A stretch of DNA of 44,262 nucleotides from the IMG/VR virus record IMGVR_UViG_3300020429_000539, positions 1 to 44,262 of that record, one strand, 5' to 3'. Positions 34,428 through 43,355 of the stretch are shown piece by piece. The DNA comes from a virus. Its lineage: Duplodnaviria; Heunggongvirae; Uroviricota; Caudoviricetes. The notes below the pieces were generated by a model that did not search any database, was not told where the DNA came from, and saw nothing but the letters and a program-made list of their open reading frames with translations. The position numbers were made by a program, and so were the translations under genes. Positions within the stretch are counted from its first letter, which is position 1, and each line of letters starts with the position of its first letter.

Positions 34428-34949
34428 TCACTCAGACGAAGCAGCGTGCGCTCGCTGCCTCGCTTCTTCTCGCTCTTGTTCGATATCGACTTCAACGATA
34501 TCCCAGCCTTCATACCGCTTCTTGAACTCTTCTTCTGGCCCCCACCAGCATTCAGCGCCCCAGACGCCTTGGCCGTTATCAAGCTCAATGTAAGGGTTTG
34601 ACCTGGCAGTCTTGAGCATTGTTTCGACATCTTCTTCAGTGTAAGAAAACTTGCCTTCTTCACGAAGCTTTTGCTCTTCAGCGAACTTCTTGTCAAACTC
34701 TGCCTGCTGTTCAGGATCCATCTTGGAGCGGTCGAATAGCTTCTCAATGCCTTCGCGCTCTTTGCCCAAGAACTCTTTCTCGATGGCTTGTCGATACTGC
34801 TCTTCGTTTCCACCCAGCATGTAGTGGTCGGGCGGCAGCATCTTGCGACCCTGGTAAACTCCGTACCCAAAAATGCGCACGGTTTTATCTTCTGCATTCG
34901 CGTCCATGATAGCAACAACGCGAGTGCCTGCTTCGTATTGATCAATCAT
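34428..34949 (-). CDS. Hypothetical protein
   Basis: FGYGVYQG...NPYIELDNGQGVWGAECWWG; ATGA-coupled. Confidence 0.75.
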   Translation of the reverse strand: MIDQYEAGTRVVAIMDANAEDKTVRIFGYGVYQGRKMLPPDHYMLGGNEEQYRQAIEKEFLGKEREGIEKLFDRSKMDPEQQAEFDKKFAEEQKLREEGKFSYTEEDVETMLKTARSNPYIELDNGQGVWGAECWWGPEEEFKKRYEGWDIVEVDIEQEREEARQRAHAASSE

Positions 34950-35167
34950 CCGTCCATCCTTCGTGTTTCTGACCGAGGCACTGCATGGCATTCAGGACAG
35001 CATGGTACGATAAATCCATACCACCGAACCATGTTGGAATTTAGGTCGTGCATAAACTGATGTCCACAGAAGCACACGACTTCGCCAGACATCTTGGGTC
35101 CATTTTCTGAAATGACCTTTTCAGGTTCCTTGATGCTGATGTCTTGAGGAGCTTCAGGTGGAATCAT
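34946..35167 (-). CDS. Small Zn-finger protein
   Basis: CFCGH...CPECH. Confidence 0.5.
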   Translation of the reverse strand: MIPPEAPQDISIKEPEKVISENGPKMSGEVVCFCGHQFMHDLNSNMVRWYGFIVPCCPECHAVPRSETRRMDG

Positions 35168-35834
35168 TCTTTTTGCCCTCATAATCAACAGGAACACGAA
35201 TCGGGTTCATGATTTCGTCTATGTCCACGCCCAGCGACTTGGCTTGCCGATGAACGACCAATTGTAACGGAAAGTTCATCGAGCCTGTGAGTGCAAAAAA
35301 GCGGTAGGTCAGCGCGTTGACGAGCAGCACGCCGTCTCTCGCGTAGCCGAGCTTCGCGTCAGAATGCCACTTGGCATTCTCAAGCGACCGCATGTTGTGG
35401 AGGCGGTCAGCGGCCTTGACCCACACGGCTTGCTCATCCATGACAGCAGCTTTGTAGTGTTGAAGCGCAGCCTTGACGGTAGCCTTCTTGAGCGGCTGAC
35501 AGTCTTTGGGGATGTTGTCATTTGACAGTTGGTGAATCCACCTGCGAACATGAACACCGAACCACTTCTCGATATGCTCCGAGAAAATACCATCGCAGTC
35601 TTCAACAACATCATGAAGCCAAGCTGTGACCAGAATGTTTTCATCGCGGATACCGAACTCGTTGCGAAGGATATCCACAACAGCAGCAGGATGCGTGATG
35701 TAGGGCTCGCCTCCGCTGCGTGTCTGACCCTCGTGCGCAAGCGTAGCGACAAGCTCAGCCCTTTCGAGCATCGTCTGAGGGTCCGCGTCTCGCAGAGCTT
35801 CCTCAATCTGCTTGTCGAGATATACGGTCGTCAT
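35154..35834 (-). CDS. SpoT/Mesh1-like HD hydrolase (small alarmone hydrolase family)
   Basis: AHEGQTRSGGEPYITHP, WLHDVVED, KAADRLHN. Confidence 0.85.
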   Translation of the reverse strand: MTTVYLDKQIEEALRDADPQTMLERAELVATLAHEGQTRSGGEPYITHPAAVVDILRNEFGIRDENILVTAWLHDVVEDCDGIFSEHIEKWFGVHVRRWIHQLSNDNIPKDCQPLKKATVKAALQHYKAAVMDEQAVWVKAADRLHNMRSLENAKWHSDAKLGYARDGVLLVNALTYRFFALTGSMNFPLQLVVHRQAKSLGVDIDEIMNPIRVPVDYEGKKNDST

Positions 35835-36444
35835 CTTTGGCCCTTCTAAATCTGATGCGTCGCTCTACTGGTTTCCATTCATACCCATATTCAGCAGGTT
35901 TGACCTGGACTCGCTCATAGACAAACACAAAGCCACCACTGAAACGAGTACTTCCGTCAAGCCCTCCATTGCCGTAGTTGTAGCGGATATGAGAGAACTC
36001 CATTGCATATTGAGGGTCAGCAACCTTGACTTTTACTCGGCGGTACACCGCAGAAGGAACCTCTCTCAGCGATGCTGCGCCGAGCAGTTCCTTTGCAGAG
36101 ATGGGTTCTGCATCCTCATCCATATAGAGAGGTCGCCATTCCTTTTCAAGACCCGTTTCGAGGTTGTACCACCGCTCAAGAACTTCGCCACGAATCTTCT
36201 CTTTGAAATGATACCAGAGTTGGCCTCGATTGTCACGATAAATGTCTTTTGCAGTTTGCTCAAGAGCGCGTCGAGTCGTGCGAGGTTGAATCTCCCACAG
36301 AGATTCGCCTTCGGCTATGTCAAGTTCGCTCTGTGGCGTCGTGACATACCAATCGGGTCGCCAGTCGGTCGGCATAATTTCGCTCTGCCCGTGAGCGAGA
36401 GAAGCGAGGAGCAAAATGAAGAGGGTTGCAGTTTTCATCGCCAT
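35803..36444 (-). CDS. Secreted hypothetical protein
   Basis: Signal peptide MKTATLFILLLASLAHG. Confidence 0.65.
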   Translation of the reverse strand: MAMKTATLFILLLASLAHGQSEIMPTDWRPDWYVTTPQSELDIAEGESLWEIQPRTTRRALEQTAKDIYRDNRGQLWYHFKEKIRGEVLERWYNLETGLEKEWRPLYMDEDAEPISAKELLGAASLREVPSAVYRRVKVKVADPQYAMEFSHIRYNYGNGGLDGSTRFSGGFVFVYERVQVKPAEYGYEWKPVERRIRFRRAKDDDRISRQAD

Positions 36445-37595
36445 CTTCTATGGAATCGTGACCTGTATTCGCCTTTGGGGTTGTCTTCGGTGTAGTTGTT
36501 CGAGGCGGCGAACCAAACCACACCCGCCGATGCTGCCATGGTCACGAAGTAGTTGAGCAGAATGGCCCACATCGGCGTGGGTACTTTGATGTAGTTGAAG
36601 TCGGCAAACTCTTTTCGTTGCCATCTCCCAATATTATCGTCAAGCCAATCCAAGACAGGAGTCAGAGAAAGCTCCTCGCCTTTCATGCCTGCAATTGTGT
36701 TACGCAACTCAACCTTGAAATCCTCTCGTTCTGTCCATGAAAATACATGACCCCATTGAACCTGTCTCTGACCATTGACGCCGATGCAAACAACAAGTTC
36801 GTTCTTGTTGCCGCCTTTCCAATGCGACTCTTGAGCATAGGCGGTGTCAAGCGTGTCATCCTCAAAAACGAGGAACCACACGCGAATTTGTTTCGGCTTG
36901 CCCCAGCGGGCATTGAATAGCGCCAGACGCCTCGCTTCTTGCGGATCAATGGGAACCTGCGAGAGATAATGGTCGTCGTCGATAGCCCATCCGCTGTTAG
37001 GGTAATCAAAGATGTCCCAATCGTCAGGATTGATTTCCTCGAAGTCAAAGACATTTTCGGAGGCTGCAACCTTGTTCGTGTAGGTATGTGTTGTCGTAAA
37101 AACAAACGTGCTTCGATCGCCGCCAGGAAAAACGGCATAATACATATCGCCATCGTTTGTATGGTAATCACGGCGCAGGTTTCGGAATTCTTCATTATCC
37201 CATCTTCCCACGATTCGCTTGTAGTCGCTCCTGTCGATGCGAGTTTCGATACCGTTGCTGTCTTCAAGCGTCCAGTATTCAGGATGGTAGTCGATGCGCG
37301 TTCTGGTCACGGTTCGCGTGCCCAAGCTACCATCAGACTTTGTGTAGGTTTCGGTCGTCGTGTAGGTGACTTTCTCGTTCCAGTCTTCGTAGTATTCGAC
37401 TCGTTCGACTCGACCCGTCCACCATTCCGTATCAGCTACCATGGCAAATGCCACGGTAAACTTGATGATGGCCGCAGGAATGATGCATGCAGCAAAAGGA
37501 AGCAGATACTCCCACCATGCTGCTTGCTCGCGGAATCTGAAATACAGAACCAGAACCGCGATGAGGGCAAAGAAAATAGAGCCGTAGATGACCAT
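36435..37595 (-). CDS. Membrane protein with large extracytoplasmic domain
   Basis: Two N-terminal and one C-terminal TM; QESHWKGGNKNELVVCIG. Confidence 0.8.
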   Translation of the reverse strand: MVIYGSIFFALIAVLVLYFRFREQAAWWEYLLPFAACIIPAAIIKFTVAFAMVADTEWWTGRVERVEYYEDWNEKVTYTTTETYTKSDGSLGTRTVTRTRIDYHPEYWTLEDSNGIETRIDRSDYKRIVGRWDNEEFRNLRRDYHTNDGDMYYAVFPGGDRSTFVFTTTHTYTNKVAASENVFDFEEINPDDWDIFDYPNSGWAIDDDHYLSQVPIDPQEARRLALFNARWGKPKQIRVWFLVFEDDTLDTAYAQESHWKGGNKNELVVCIGVNGQRQVQWGHVFSWTEREDFKVELRNTIAGMKGEELSLTPVLDWLDDNIGRWQRKEFADFNYIKVPTPMWAILLNYFVTMAASAGVVWFAASNNYTEDNPKGEYRSRFHRRWR

Positions 37596-37606
37596 GCGAT
37601 GTTTCC

Positions 37607-38164
37607 TTACCCGTCGCTAGGGAAGAGATCGAGGTCGGCCTCGTTTTCTTCTCCGGTTTCGAACGTGCGCTGAGTTCTGCCGCTTGTAACGACGGTGATG
37701 TCGATTTCGGTGCGACCAAAGATGCCCGCATAGACGCTGTTGGGGAACGTCTGAATGTGGTCGCGGTGCGCGGTCCACTTCTGAATCAGGGACTTCTGCT
37801 CTCGCTCGAAATCACGACGGTTCGACTCGATGCTTGCTTGCAGGTTCGTGAACGACGACTGGTCGAATGTGGGGTTGACGCTCTGCACGAAGGCGAGTAG
37901 GCGACTATTGCCGCCAGCCGAATCGCTCATGATGTCCGTGTAGATTTCCTTGAAGGCATCCTTGTGACGCTCGGCCACCTGTGCCTGTTGCGAGAGAACC
38001 TTCCACACACGGTCGAACGTAGCCTCATTCGCCTTCTGTTGCGCCTCAACGCCGTTGCGCAGGCGAACCTCGCTGTTGTGGAAGCCAATGGCAGGTCCAA
38101 CAATCAGCAAACCGAGAACGACGACAACGATGCCGACGACGATAAGAACAGTCTTGCCTTTCAT
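37607..38164 (-). CDS. LemA-like membrane-anchored helical protein
   Basis: N-terminal TM, helical body, IQTFPNSVYA motif; AAGGAG SD. Confidence 0.6.
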   Translation of the reverse strand: MKGKTVLIVVGIVVVVLGLLIVGPAIGFHNSEVRLRNGVEAQQKANEATFDRVWKVLSQQAQVAERHKDAFKEIYTDIMSDSAGGNSRLLAFVQSVNPTFDQSSFTNLQASIESNRRDFEREQKSLIQKWTAHRDHIQTFPNSVYAGIFGRTEIDITVVTSGRTQRTFETGEENEADLDLFPSDG

Positions 38165-38166
38165 GG

Positions 38167-38868
38167 CTACTCCTTGTTTCTGAACCTGAGTCCCGAGATG
38201 GCCCACCGACCACTCGTAAACTGCGGGTCTTCAATGTATTCTTTGTGAGCAATCGTGATGATGTCACAGTTTTGTGGGTTGGCGAGGCTCTCAAACTGCT
38301 CGACGCTGAGATGCATGAACCTCATGACAAAGCAACGAATCGTCAGCCCATGAGACACGATCAAAACATTGCGGTCGCGGTCAGTCCCATCAAGGGACAG
38401 CCGCATACTCGCGGGAACAGGTGGAAATTTGCGGTAGACTTGCCGCATCATGCTTTCGAGGAAGTGGCAGCAGCGGTCAAAGCAATCGGCAGGCGATTCT
38501 CCGCCTTTGAAGCGGTAATAGAACCAGCCATGCTCGGCACGCATTGCGTCCTGCGCCTCAACATCGCTGTAGCCGTGGTCAACCTCACGGAGACGAGGGT
38601 CTTCGTAACTCGTGATGGTTGAGGCATCTTCAACACCAGCGCCTTGAAGAATCGACGCAAGGGTATCTCTTGCTCGGCGATAAGGTGACGAGTAGATGAG
38701 AGCATTGTGCAGGTCGAAGTTTGGGTCGTCATCGAGAGCGCGACCAGCTTCTTGCGCCTGAGCCACGCCATCGCCGGTCAGTTGAATCTTGTGGTCTCCA
38801 ACGGAGCCATGCACAACAACACCAGCGTTAGCTTCTGATTGTCCATGCCGAACAAGTTTGATGATCAT
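38167..38868 (-). CDS. Histidine phosphatase (phosphoglycerate mutase family)
   Basis: RHGQS, SSPYRRARDT, LRE, GES, VSHG. Confidence 0.92.
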   Translation of the reverse strand: MIIKLVRHGQSEANAGVVVHGSVGDHKIQLTGDGVAQAQEAGRALDDDPNFDLHNALIYSSPYRRARDTLASILQGAGVEDASTITSYEDPRLREVDHGYSDVEAQDAMRAEHGWFYYRFKGGESPADCFDRCCHFLESMMRQVYRKFPPVPASMRLSLDGTDRDRNVLIVSHGLTIRCFVMRFMHLSVEQFESLANPQNCDIITIAHKEYIEDPQFTSGRWAISGLRFRNKE

Positions 38869-39242
38869 TTGTTTGATTCCTCTTCTTTAACGACCACCAT
38901 ATGCATTCGGTTGCAATCGTCGATACTCGCCCAGAAGCGAGGTTGTACCTCGAATTTTGGACATTTTGTGACAATAAAGCTGATGTTCCAAGAGTCTTCT
39001 GAGATGCGCTTTATTGCCAGGACTGTTCCTTTGGGAAGTCGAACCCGTTCGGGTGGTGGAAATGAAAAGCGATGTGGCTCGCTTGTCCTCTTATACTCCA
39101 TGTCCCGCCATCTAAGATAGCTAATGTATTCAAGGCCAAGTGCATGAAATAGCCACTTGTTATGCTCTCTATGTTGCAGGTCAAAAAACCACGGCTTCGT
39201 GAGTCGGAGCTTTGTGTTTGGTGGCGGGATAAAAAGCCTCAC
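38865..39242 (-). CDS. Hypothetical protein
   Basis: Overlap-coupled ORF. Confidence 0.6.
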   Translation of the reverse strand: MRLFIPPPNTKLRLTKPWFFDLQHREHNKWLFHALGLEYISYLRWRDMEYKRTSEPHRFSFPPPERVRLPKGTVLAIKRISEDSWNISFIVTKCPKFEVQPRFWASIDDCNRMHMVVVKEEESNK

Positions 39243-39910
39243 CGTTTGCCTCCGCCATCTGAAACCATGTCGAGACTTTCGAAGTCTTGCATACGCAGAC
39301 TTGCTCGGTCTCCGCGAAGCAGGTCATCCATGCTCTCGGTGACGATTGCGCCGCTTTGAAGCAACTGCATCTGACGATCCCAAAGAATCGTAGATGCGGC
39401 AGTTGCCAGGTTCAGGCAATGCCGCACGGGTATGTAGACAAACTGATGGCAGTGGCGCGCCAGCCGGTTGATGCTGCCATCTTCGGGTCCAAAGACATAG
39501 ATGGCTTTTTCAGGATGCTCAAACTCATGCAAAGGCATAGCGCCTTCACGGAGTTCGATACCGATGACGGGAGTGCCTGATGCAAAGCAGTCAAAGGGCC
39601 GCTGATGGTGGCAGATTTGTACCTTCTGATAGCCTTTCATACGCTCTTCGCGAGGAAGGCGAGCTTTGCCCTTACCCTTCTTGCCACCTTTGTTTCCACC
39701 GCGACCATCAATGTTTTTGGTCGGGTCTTCGAGGTCAACACGGTTGCCTGTAAAGAAGACCTGTTTGAAATCATAGCCCGAAGCTAGACGAACGATCTGC
39801 GAGACATTGCGAGCATACTTCGGGTCTTCAAGGATGATTGAAGGCACGAGACCAGTTGTCGGCGCATTCTTGCCGATCATCTTGGTTTCAATGTGTCCGT
39901 TGGTTTTCAT
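39239..39910 (-). CDS. SpoU/TrmH-family (SPOUT) RNA 2'-O-methyltransferase
   Basis: NVSQIVR, VFGPEDGS, IP...CLNLATAA. Confidence 0.85.
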   Translation of the reverse strand: MKTNGHIETKMIGKNAPTTGLVPSIILEDPKYARNVSQIVRLASGYDFKQVFFTGNRVDLEDPTKNIDGRGGNKGGKKGKGKARLPREERMKGYQKVQICHHQRPFDCFASGTPVIGIELREGAMPLHEFEHPEKAIYVFGPEDGSINRLARHCHQFVYIPVRHCLNLATAASTILWDRQMQLLQSGAIVTESMDDLLRGDRASLRMQDFESLDMVSDGGGKR

Positions 39911-40308
39911 TGTCTGATTGTCCAACGCGGCGACGTTGCCCCTCTGTTGAAGTCTTTAACCAGTTCCCAGAAGCTCTTAAGCTCGCTTTCCATGAAGTAG
40001 GGGATGTCGAGCGTTGTGCAGAGAACGATTTCTCGGTCACGACCAGAAGATGCACCATAGCGGAAAACAGCAAGGTCGCAGGTTGCAAGTTCATGCAAAC
40101 AAAACAGGGTTTGCGATTCATAGTTGCTGACGCATACTGTTCCCCACATGAATGTATCGCACATGGGGCAAACAGTATGGACAAGACCAGAGTTCTGAAG
40201 CTGTGTGCGCAGATGAAGCGTGGCGTTGATGTTCGCCAGAGGGTCAGGCTTACTCCATGGGCCACCCACAAAGACACGAGGAAGTTTAGTGTTGATCTCG
40301 TCGCTCAT
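39907..40308 (-). CDS. Nucleoside 2-deoxyribosyltransferase-like protein
   Basis: VFVGGPW...CDLAVF..GASSG.DRE...IP pattern. Confidence 0.55.
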   Translation of the reverse strand: MSDEINTKLPRVFVGGPWSKPDPLANINATLHLRTQLQNSGLVHTVCPMCDTFMWGTVCVSNYESQTLFCLHELATCDLAVFRYGASSGRDREIVLCTTLDIPYFMESELKSFWELVKDFNRGATSPRWTIRQ

Positions 40309-40477
40309 CTTTGCCTGCCGTTTCTCTCAAAGAGTCCTGAATGCGCTCAAGCATTTCGCGGCGAGCCAAGCCCTTGCGATAGGCGTCTGAGCCGTCGCCA
40401 GGTTCGCCACGGACACCACGACCATACTGGTCTTGCGCTTCACGAATGCGATTGATGTCTACGTCTGAGCGGTTCAT
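40286..40477 (-). CDS. Small hypothetical protein
   Basis: MNRSDVDINRIREAQ..., starts right after the tRNA. Confidence 0.5.
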   Translation of the reverse strand: MNRSDVDINRIREAQDQYGRGVRGEPGDGSDAYRKGLARREMLERIQDSLRETAGKDERRDQH

Positions 40478-40479
40478 AA

Positions 40480-40552
40480 TGCCTCGGAGGAGATTCGAAC
40501 TCCCAACCAGCGGAACTAGAAGCCGCCGCTCTACCATTTGAGCTACCGAGAC
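40480..40552 (-). tRNA. Amber suppressor tRNA (anticodon CTA)
   Basis: GTCTCGG-TA-GCTC-AAATGGTA-GAGC-G-GCGGC-TTCTAGT-TCCGC-TGGTT-GGGAG-TTCGAAT-CTCCT-CCGAGGC-A; C31:U39 mismatch. Confidence 0.8.
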
Positions 40553-40579
40553 GCCAAGGAGATGCCCCATGACCTCAGC

Positions 40580-40614
40580 ATTGAATCGTATGTGGGCTTC
40601 ACTTGCAAGTGAAG
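40580..40614 (-). promoter_or_regulatory. Motif variant CAAGTGAAG-N11-TTCAAT inside an 18-bp perfect palindrome
   Basis: CTTCACTTGCAAGTGAAG at 40597-40614, upstream of the suppressor tRNA. Confidence 0.4.
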
Positions 40615-40634
40615 GGGCGCTTGTTTGGGTAGCG

Positions 40635-41198
40635 TTACCCATCCTTGACAAGGGCGTGTTTGTCCCAGAACTCAACCGCCTCCATGTATGCTTCACGGTC
40701 CACAGGAACGCCGCTGCCGCCTTCTTCGATACCGAGCGCATTGCGCATCATCGTGACCGGCGACATGGGCTGAGGCTTGTCTTGGTTCTGTCCAAGGATA
40801 GCGACCACACCCCAAGGGGCATCGATCATTTCGCCTTCTTTTCGCATCTGTTCTTCGTCATACACGACAACGCAGAGATATTTGGCTTGAGGCGCGAGAA
40901 TGCCTTCGAGCCACCTGCTCAGGACAGGAAGTTCGCCTTCCTGTCGAGCTTCGTAACCCGTCTTGACGAAGAATGCATTGTCTTCGGTAAGCGGCATGAC
41001 GCCAACTTTGGCATCGGTCCAGTTTTCGAAGATCAAGAGCTTACAGAATGGAGCGTACCCATCGAACTCTGCGACAGGCTCGCGGTCGTTGAGCATGTAT
41101 TCGAACTGGTCAGGCGTGTAGTTGGTGATTCTCGTGCCCTTGTGGTCACTCTTGAATACCCGCTTGACGAACTCAGATAGGACGTATTGCTTTGGCAT
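40635..41198 (-). CDS. DUF3228-like protein
   Basis: GYAPFCK, GYEAR..ELPVLSRW, PMSPVTMMRNALGIEEGGSG. Confidence 0.7.
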   Translation of the reverse strand: MPKQYVLSEFVKRVFKSDHKGTRITNYTPDQFEYMLNDREPVAEFDGYAPFCKLLIFENWTDAKVGVMPLTEDNAFFVKTGYEARQEGELPVLSRWLEGILAPQAKYLCVVVYDEEQMRKEGEMIDAPWGVVAILGQNQDKPQPMSPVTMMRNALGIEEGGSGVPVDREAYMEAVEFWDKHALVKDG

Positions 41199-41204
41199 GA
41201 GAGC

Positions 41205-41229
41205 ATTATAGCCCTCATTCTTTCACCCG
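41205..41229 (-). promoter_or_regulatory. CGGGTGAAA-N10-TATAAT, leaderless
   Basis: Consensus -10 ending 6 nt before the ATG at 41198. Confidence 0.55.
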
Positions 41230-41235
41230 TAAGGC

Positions 41236-41841
41236 TTAGAGCTTTTGTTCGACCTCTTCTTCGGTCATGCCTTTTGGTTTCCATCGCTCACGACCTGCCA
41301 AGGGGTCACGCCAGTTGACCTTCTTGAAGAGGTCATGGATTTCAAGCAAAGACTTCGGCTCGAAGTTATGCTTGTCAACTCCGATGTCCATGCGATACTT
41401 GTCAGGCTCCATTCCGTGCGCACCACTGCGAGACCCGTGAACGTGACCATACAGATGCCAAGAGCCCCTGTGTGAGCCATTCCATTCAAGAATCGGATAA
41501 TGGAAAAGGCAAACAAGCTTGGCTCTCTTTTCGCCGGGAAGTTGGAACTTCTCTTCGTGATAAGGGAGAACCTTTGCGAAACCCATTCGTGTTGATGGTC
41601 TCTTATCGTGGTTGCCTGTGATGAGCCAGATATTCTGGCAGTTCAGCCTTCGGAGGTAGTTTGGAGCAAGATGACCCCAAGCAAAGTCTCCGAGAATAAA
41701 CAGCCTGTCGCTATGTTTGACTTTGCGGTTGAAAGATGCGATCATATGCTCGTCCATTTCTTCGGTGGACGAGAAAGGCCTCTTGCAGTACCTAATGATA
41801 TTGGTGTGCCCGAAATGCGGGTCTGCACTAAAGTAGTCCAT
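41236..41841 (-). CDS. Calcineurin-like metallophosphoesterase
   Basis: DPHFGH, LGDF, GNHD, HYP, GHVH, DIGVD. Confidence 0.88.
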   Translation of the reverse strand: MDYFSADPHFGHTNIIRYCKRPFSSTEEMDEHMIASFNRKVKHSDRLFILGDFAWGHLAPNYLRRLNCQNIWLITGNHDKRPSTRMGFAKVLPYHEEKFQLPGEKRAKLVCLFHYPILEWNGSHRGSWHLYGHVHGSRSGAHGMEPDKYRMDIGVDKHNFEPKSLLEIHDLFKKVNWRDPLAGRERWKPKGMTEEEVEQKL

Positions 41842-41858
41842 CTATTGTATTCCTTTTT

Positions 41859-42797
41859 CTATTCTTCTTGTATTATCGGCGTAGTTGGGTCTTCAAATAA
41901 AGGAAAGACCGGATTTGGCAGTTCAGGACTTTTTACAGGTGCATCATCGTCAAACTGGCCGGGACTATCAAGCCTGATAATATGGTCAGAACGGAACATA
42001 ATCAAAAAGAACTTCACTCGCTCGATTTGTCCCGCTGTCAGCGTGCGCGTGTCGCCTTTGCTGTAGTTCATGAGATTGTTGTAAGAAGCATATAATCCCT
42101 GCTCTTCTTCATTCCACTCGTCCTGGTCGTAGGTATCGCGAACAAAGTCGCCCTTGATTGGACCTTCGTCAAAAGTGTGGAACAATCCGAAGTAATGACC
42201 GATTTCATGCGCAAGAGAAAAATAGTCTGCATATTTCCCATTCATGATAATGCCGTGTTTTTGGTCATCCCAAGGAAACGAGGATAATCCAAGCGGCGTT
42301 AACCAACTGTGACCAAAGATATAATAAACAGACATATGATCGCTATTCATCATAGCGTCGTTGCGATAGTCTCTCATTCTTGGGATATCTTTATCGATAG
42401 ATACTTCGGCTTGTTCTTGTATTACAAAAACCATGCCAGCACGTATAAAGAACTGCGCAGCTACATTGAAGTCTTTAGCTATGTCTTCCGGCGTTCTTGC
42501 AGGAACGCCTTCGCTATTGACTTCAACAATTACTCTAACCTGAATAGCGTATGGAGGAGCAGGTATGTCAATAGATGACAGCGCATTGTGCATAAATACG
42601 TTGCTAGCATGTTCTTCTGGTTCTGTATCGATTTGTAGACTAAACGGGTCCCAGTCTAGTGGTTCAACAAAATGATGGGGGCCGTCTGATTCAATTATAT
42701 CAGGTGAATATACTGTTGAGCAAGATGTTATGATACTGAAAGAAGTTAGAGAAACTATAAACAAACTTGCATAAAAGATGGTACTTTTACGAAACAT
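41859..42797 (-). CDS. Secreted/lipoprotein metzincin metalloprotease (M43-like)
   Basis: HEIGHYFGLFH zinc motif, NLMNY Met-turn, N-terminal signal. Confidence 0.8.
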   Translation of the reverse strand: MFRKSTIFYASLFIVSLTSFSIITSCSTVYSPDIIESDGPHHFVEPLDWDPFSLQIDTEPEEHASNVFMHNALSSIDIPAPPYAIQVRVIVEVNSEGVPARTPEDIAKDFNVAAQFFIRAGMVFVIQEQAEVSIDKDIPRMRDYRNDAMMNSDHMSVYYIFGHSWLTPLGLSSFPWDDQKHGIIMNGKYADYFSLAHEIGHYFGLFHTFDEGPIKGDFVRDTYDQDEWNEEEQGLYASYNNLMNYSKGDTRTLTAGQIERVKFFLIMFRSDHIIRLDSPGQFDDDAPVKSPELPNPVFPLFEDPTTPIIQEE

Positions 42798-42856
42798 AAC
42801 CCCTTAAATACATAAGAGGTTAAAAGCAATCCTTGATTTTGTGATGAAATGGTAGC

Positions 42857-42899
42857 AAAAAAGAAAAAGACCCGCCTCCATGTTGCAGGAAGCGGGTCT
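42857..42899 (-). terminator. Intrinsic terminator
   Basis: AGACCCGCTTCC-loop-GGAGGCGGGTCT-TTTTCTTTTTT. Confidence 0.85.
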
Positions 42900-42926
42900 G
42901 CATGGGCGAGCCCAACGCGAGTGGTA

Positions 42927-43313
42927 TCAGTCGTCGCCGAACACACCGGGCTTGCCGGTACCAGCGGGAAGCTGGTCGTTCCTCACGGTCTTGACACGAG
43001 GCGTCGGCAGCGCAGGTGTTGTGCCGTCATCAGCATCATCGCCTGTGCCCACAGCGGTATCGCCAAGGGCAATGCGGCCATCTCCGCCGATTTCAGGAGG
43101 TCCAGCGCCTTCCACGAAGTCAGAGAAGTTGACTTCGATGGTCTGCATCCCCTTTGCGCCTTCATCATCAGCGCACTCGATGGTGATCTTGCCCTTCACA
43201 CGGACTTTCTTGAAGCCCTGATTTGTGAGATGCTGTCCCAGCATATTCGCACGGCGTTCGATGCTGATGCGACTTTGCTGCACGGTCTGTCCCAATTGCT
43301 TTCCGCCCTTCAT
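42927..43313 (-). CDS. Hypothetical protein with acidic low-complexity tail
   Basis: AGGAG SD, 128 aa. Confidence 0.7.
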   Translation of the reverse strand: MKGGKQLGQTVQQSRISIERRANMLGQHLTNQGFKKVRVKGKITIECADDEGAKGMQTIEVNFSDFVEGAGPPEIGGDGRIALGDTAVGTGDDADDGTTPALPTPRVKTVRNDQLPAGTGKPGVFGDD

Positions 43314-43355
43314 GGTCGGTTCTCCTAAATGGGTACAGTTGCGGTTGTTGATACG

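Noticed and set aside
34316-34945. 209-aa ORF ending in ...MGFT
   Set aside because: Alternative frame of the 34428-34949 gene; only its last four codons are real, as the start of the TAG-interrupted gene
40286-40741. 151-aa ORF spanning the suppressor tRNA
   Set aside because: Its 5' part overlaps the tRNA and the upstream gene; only the part from 40477 is plausible
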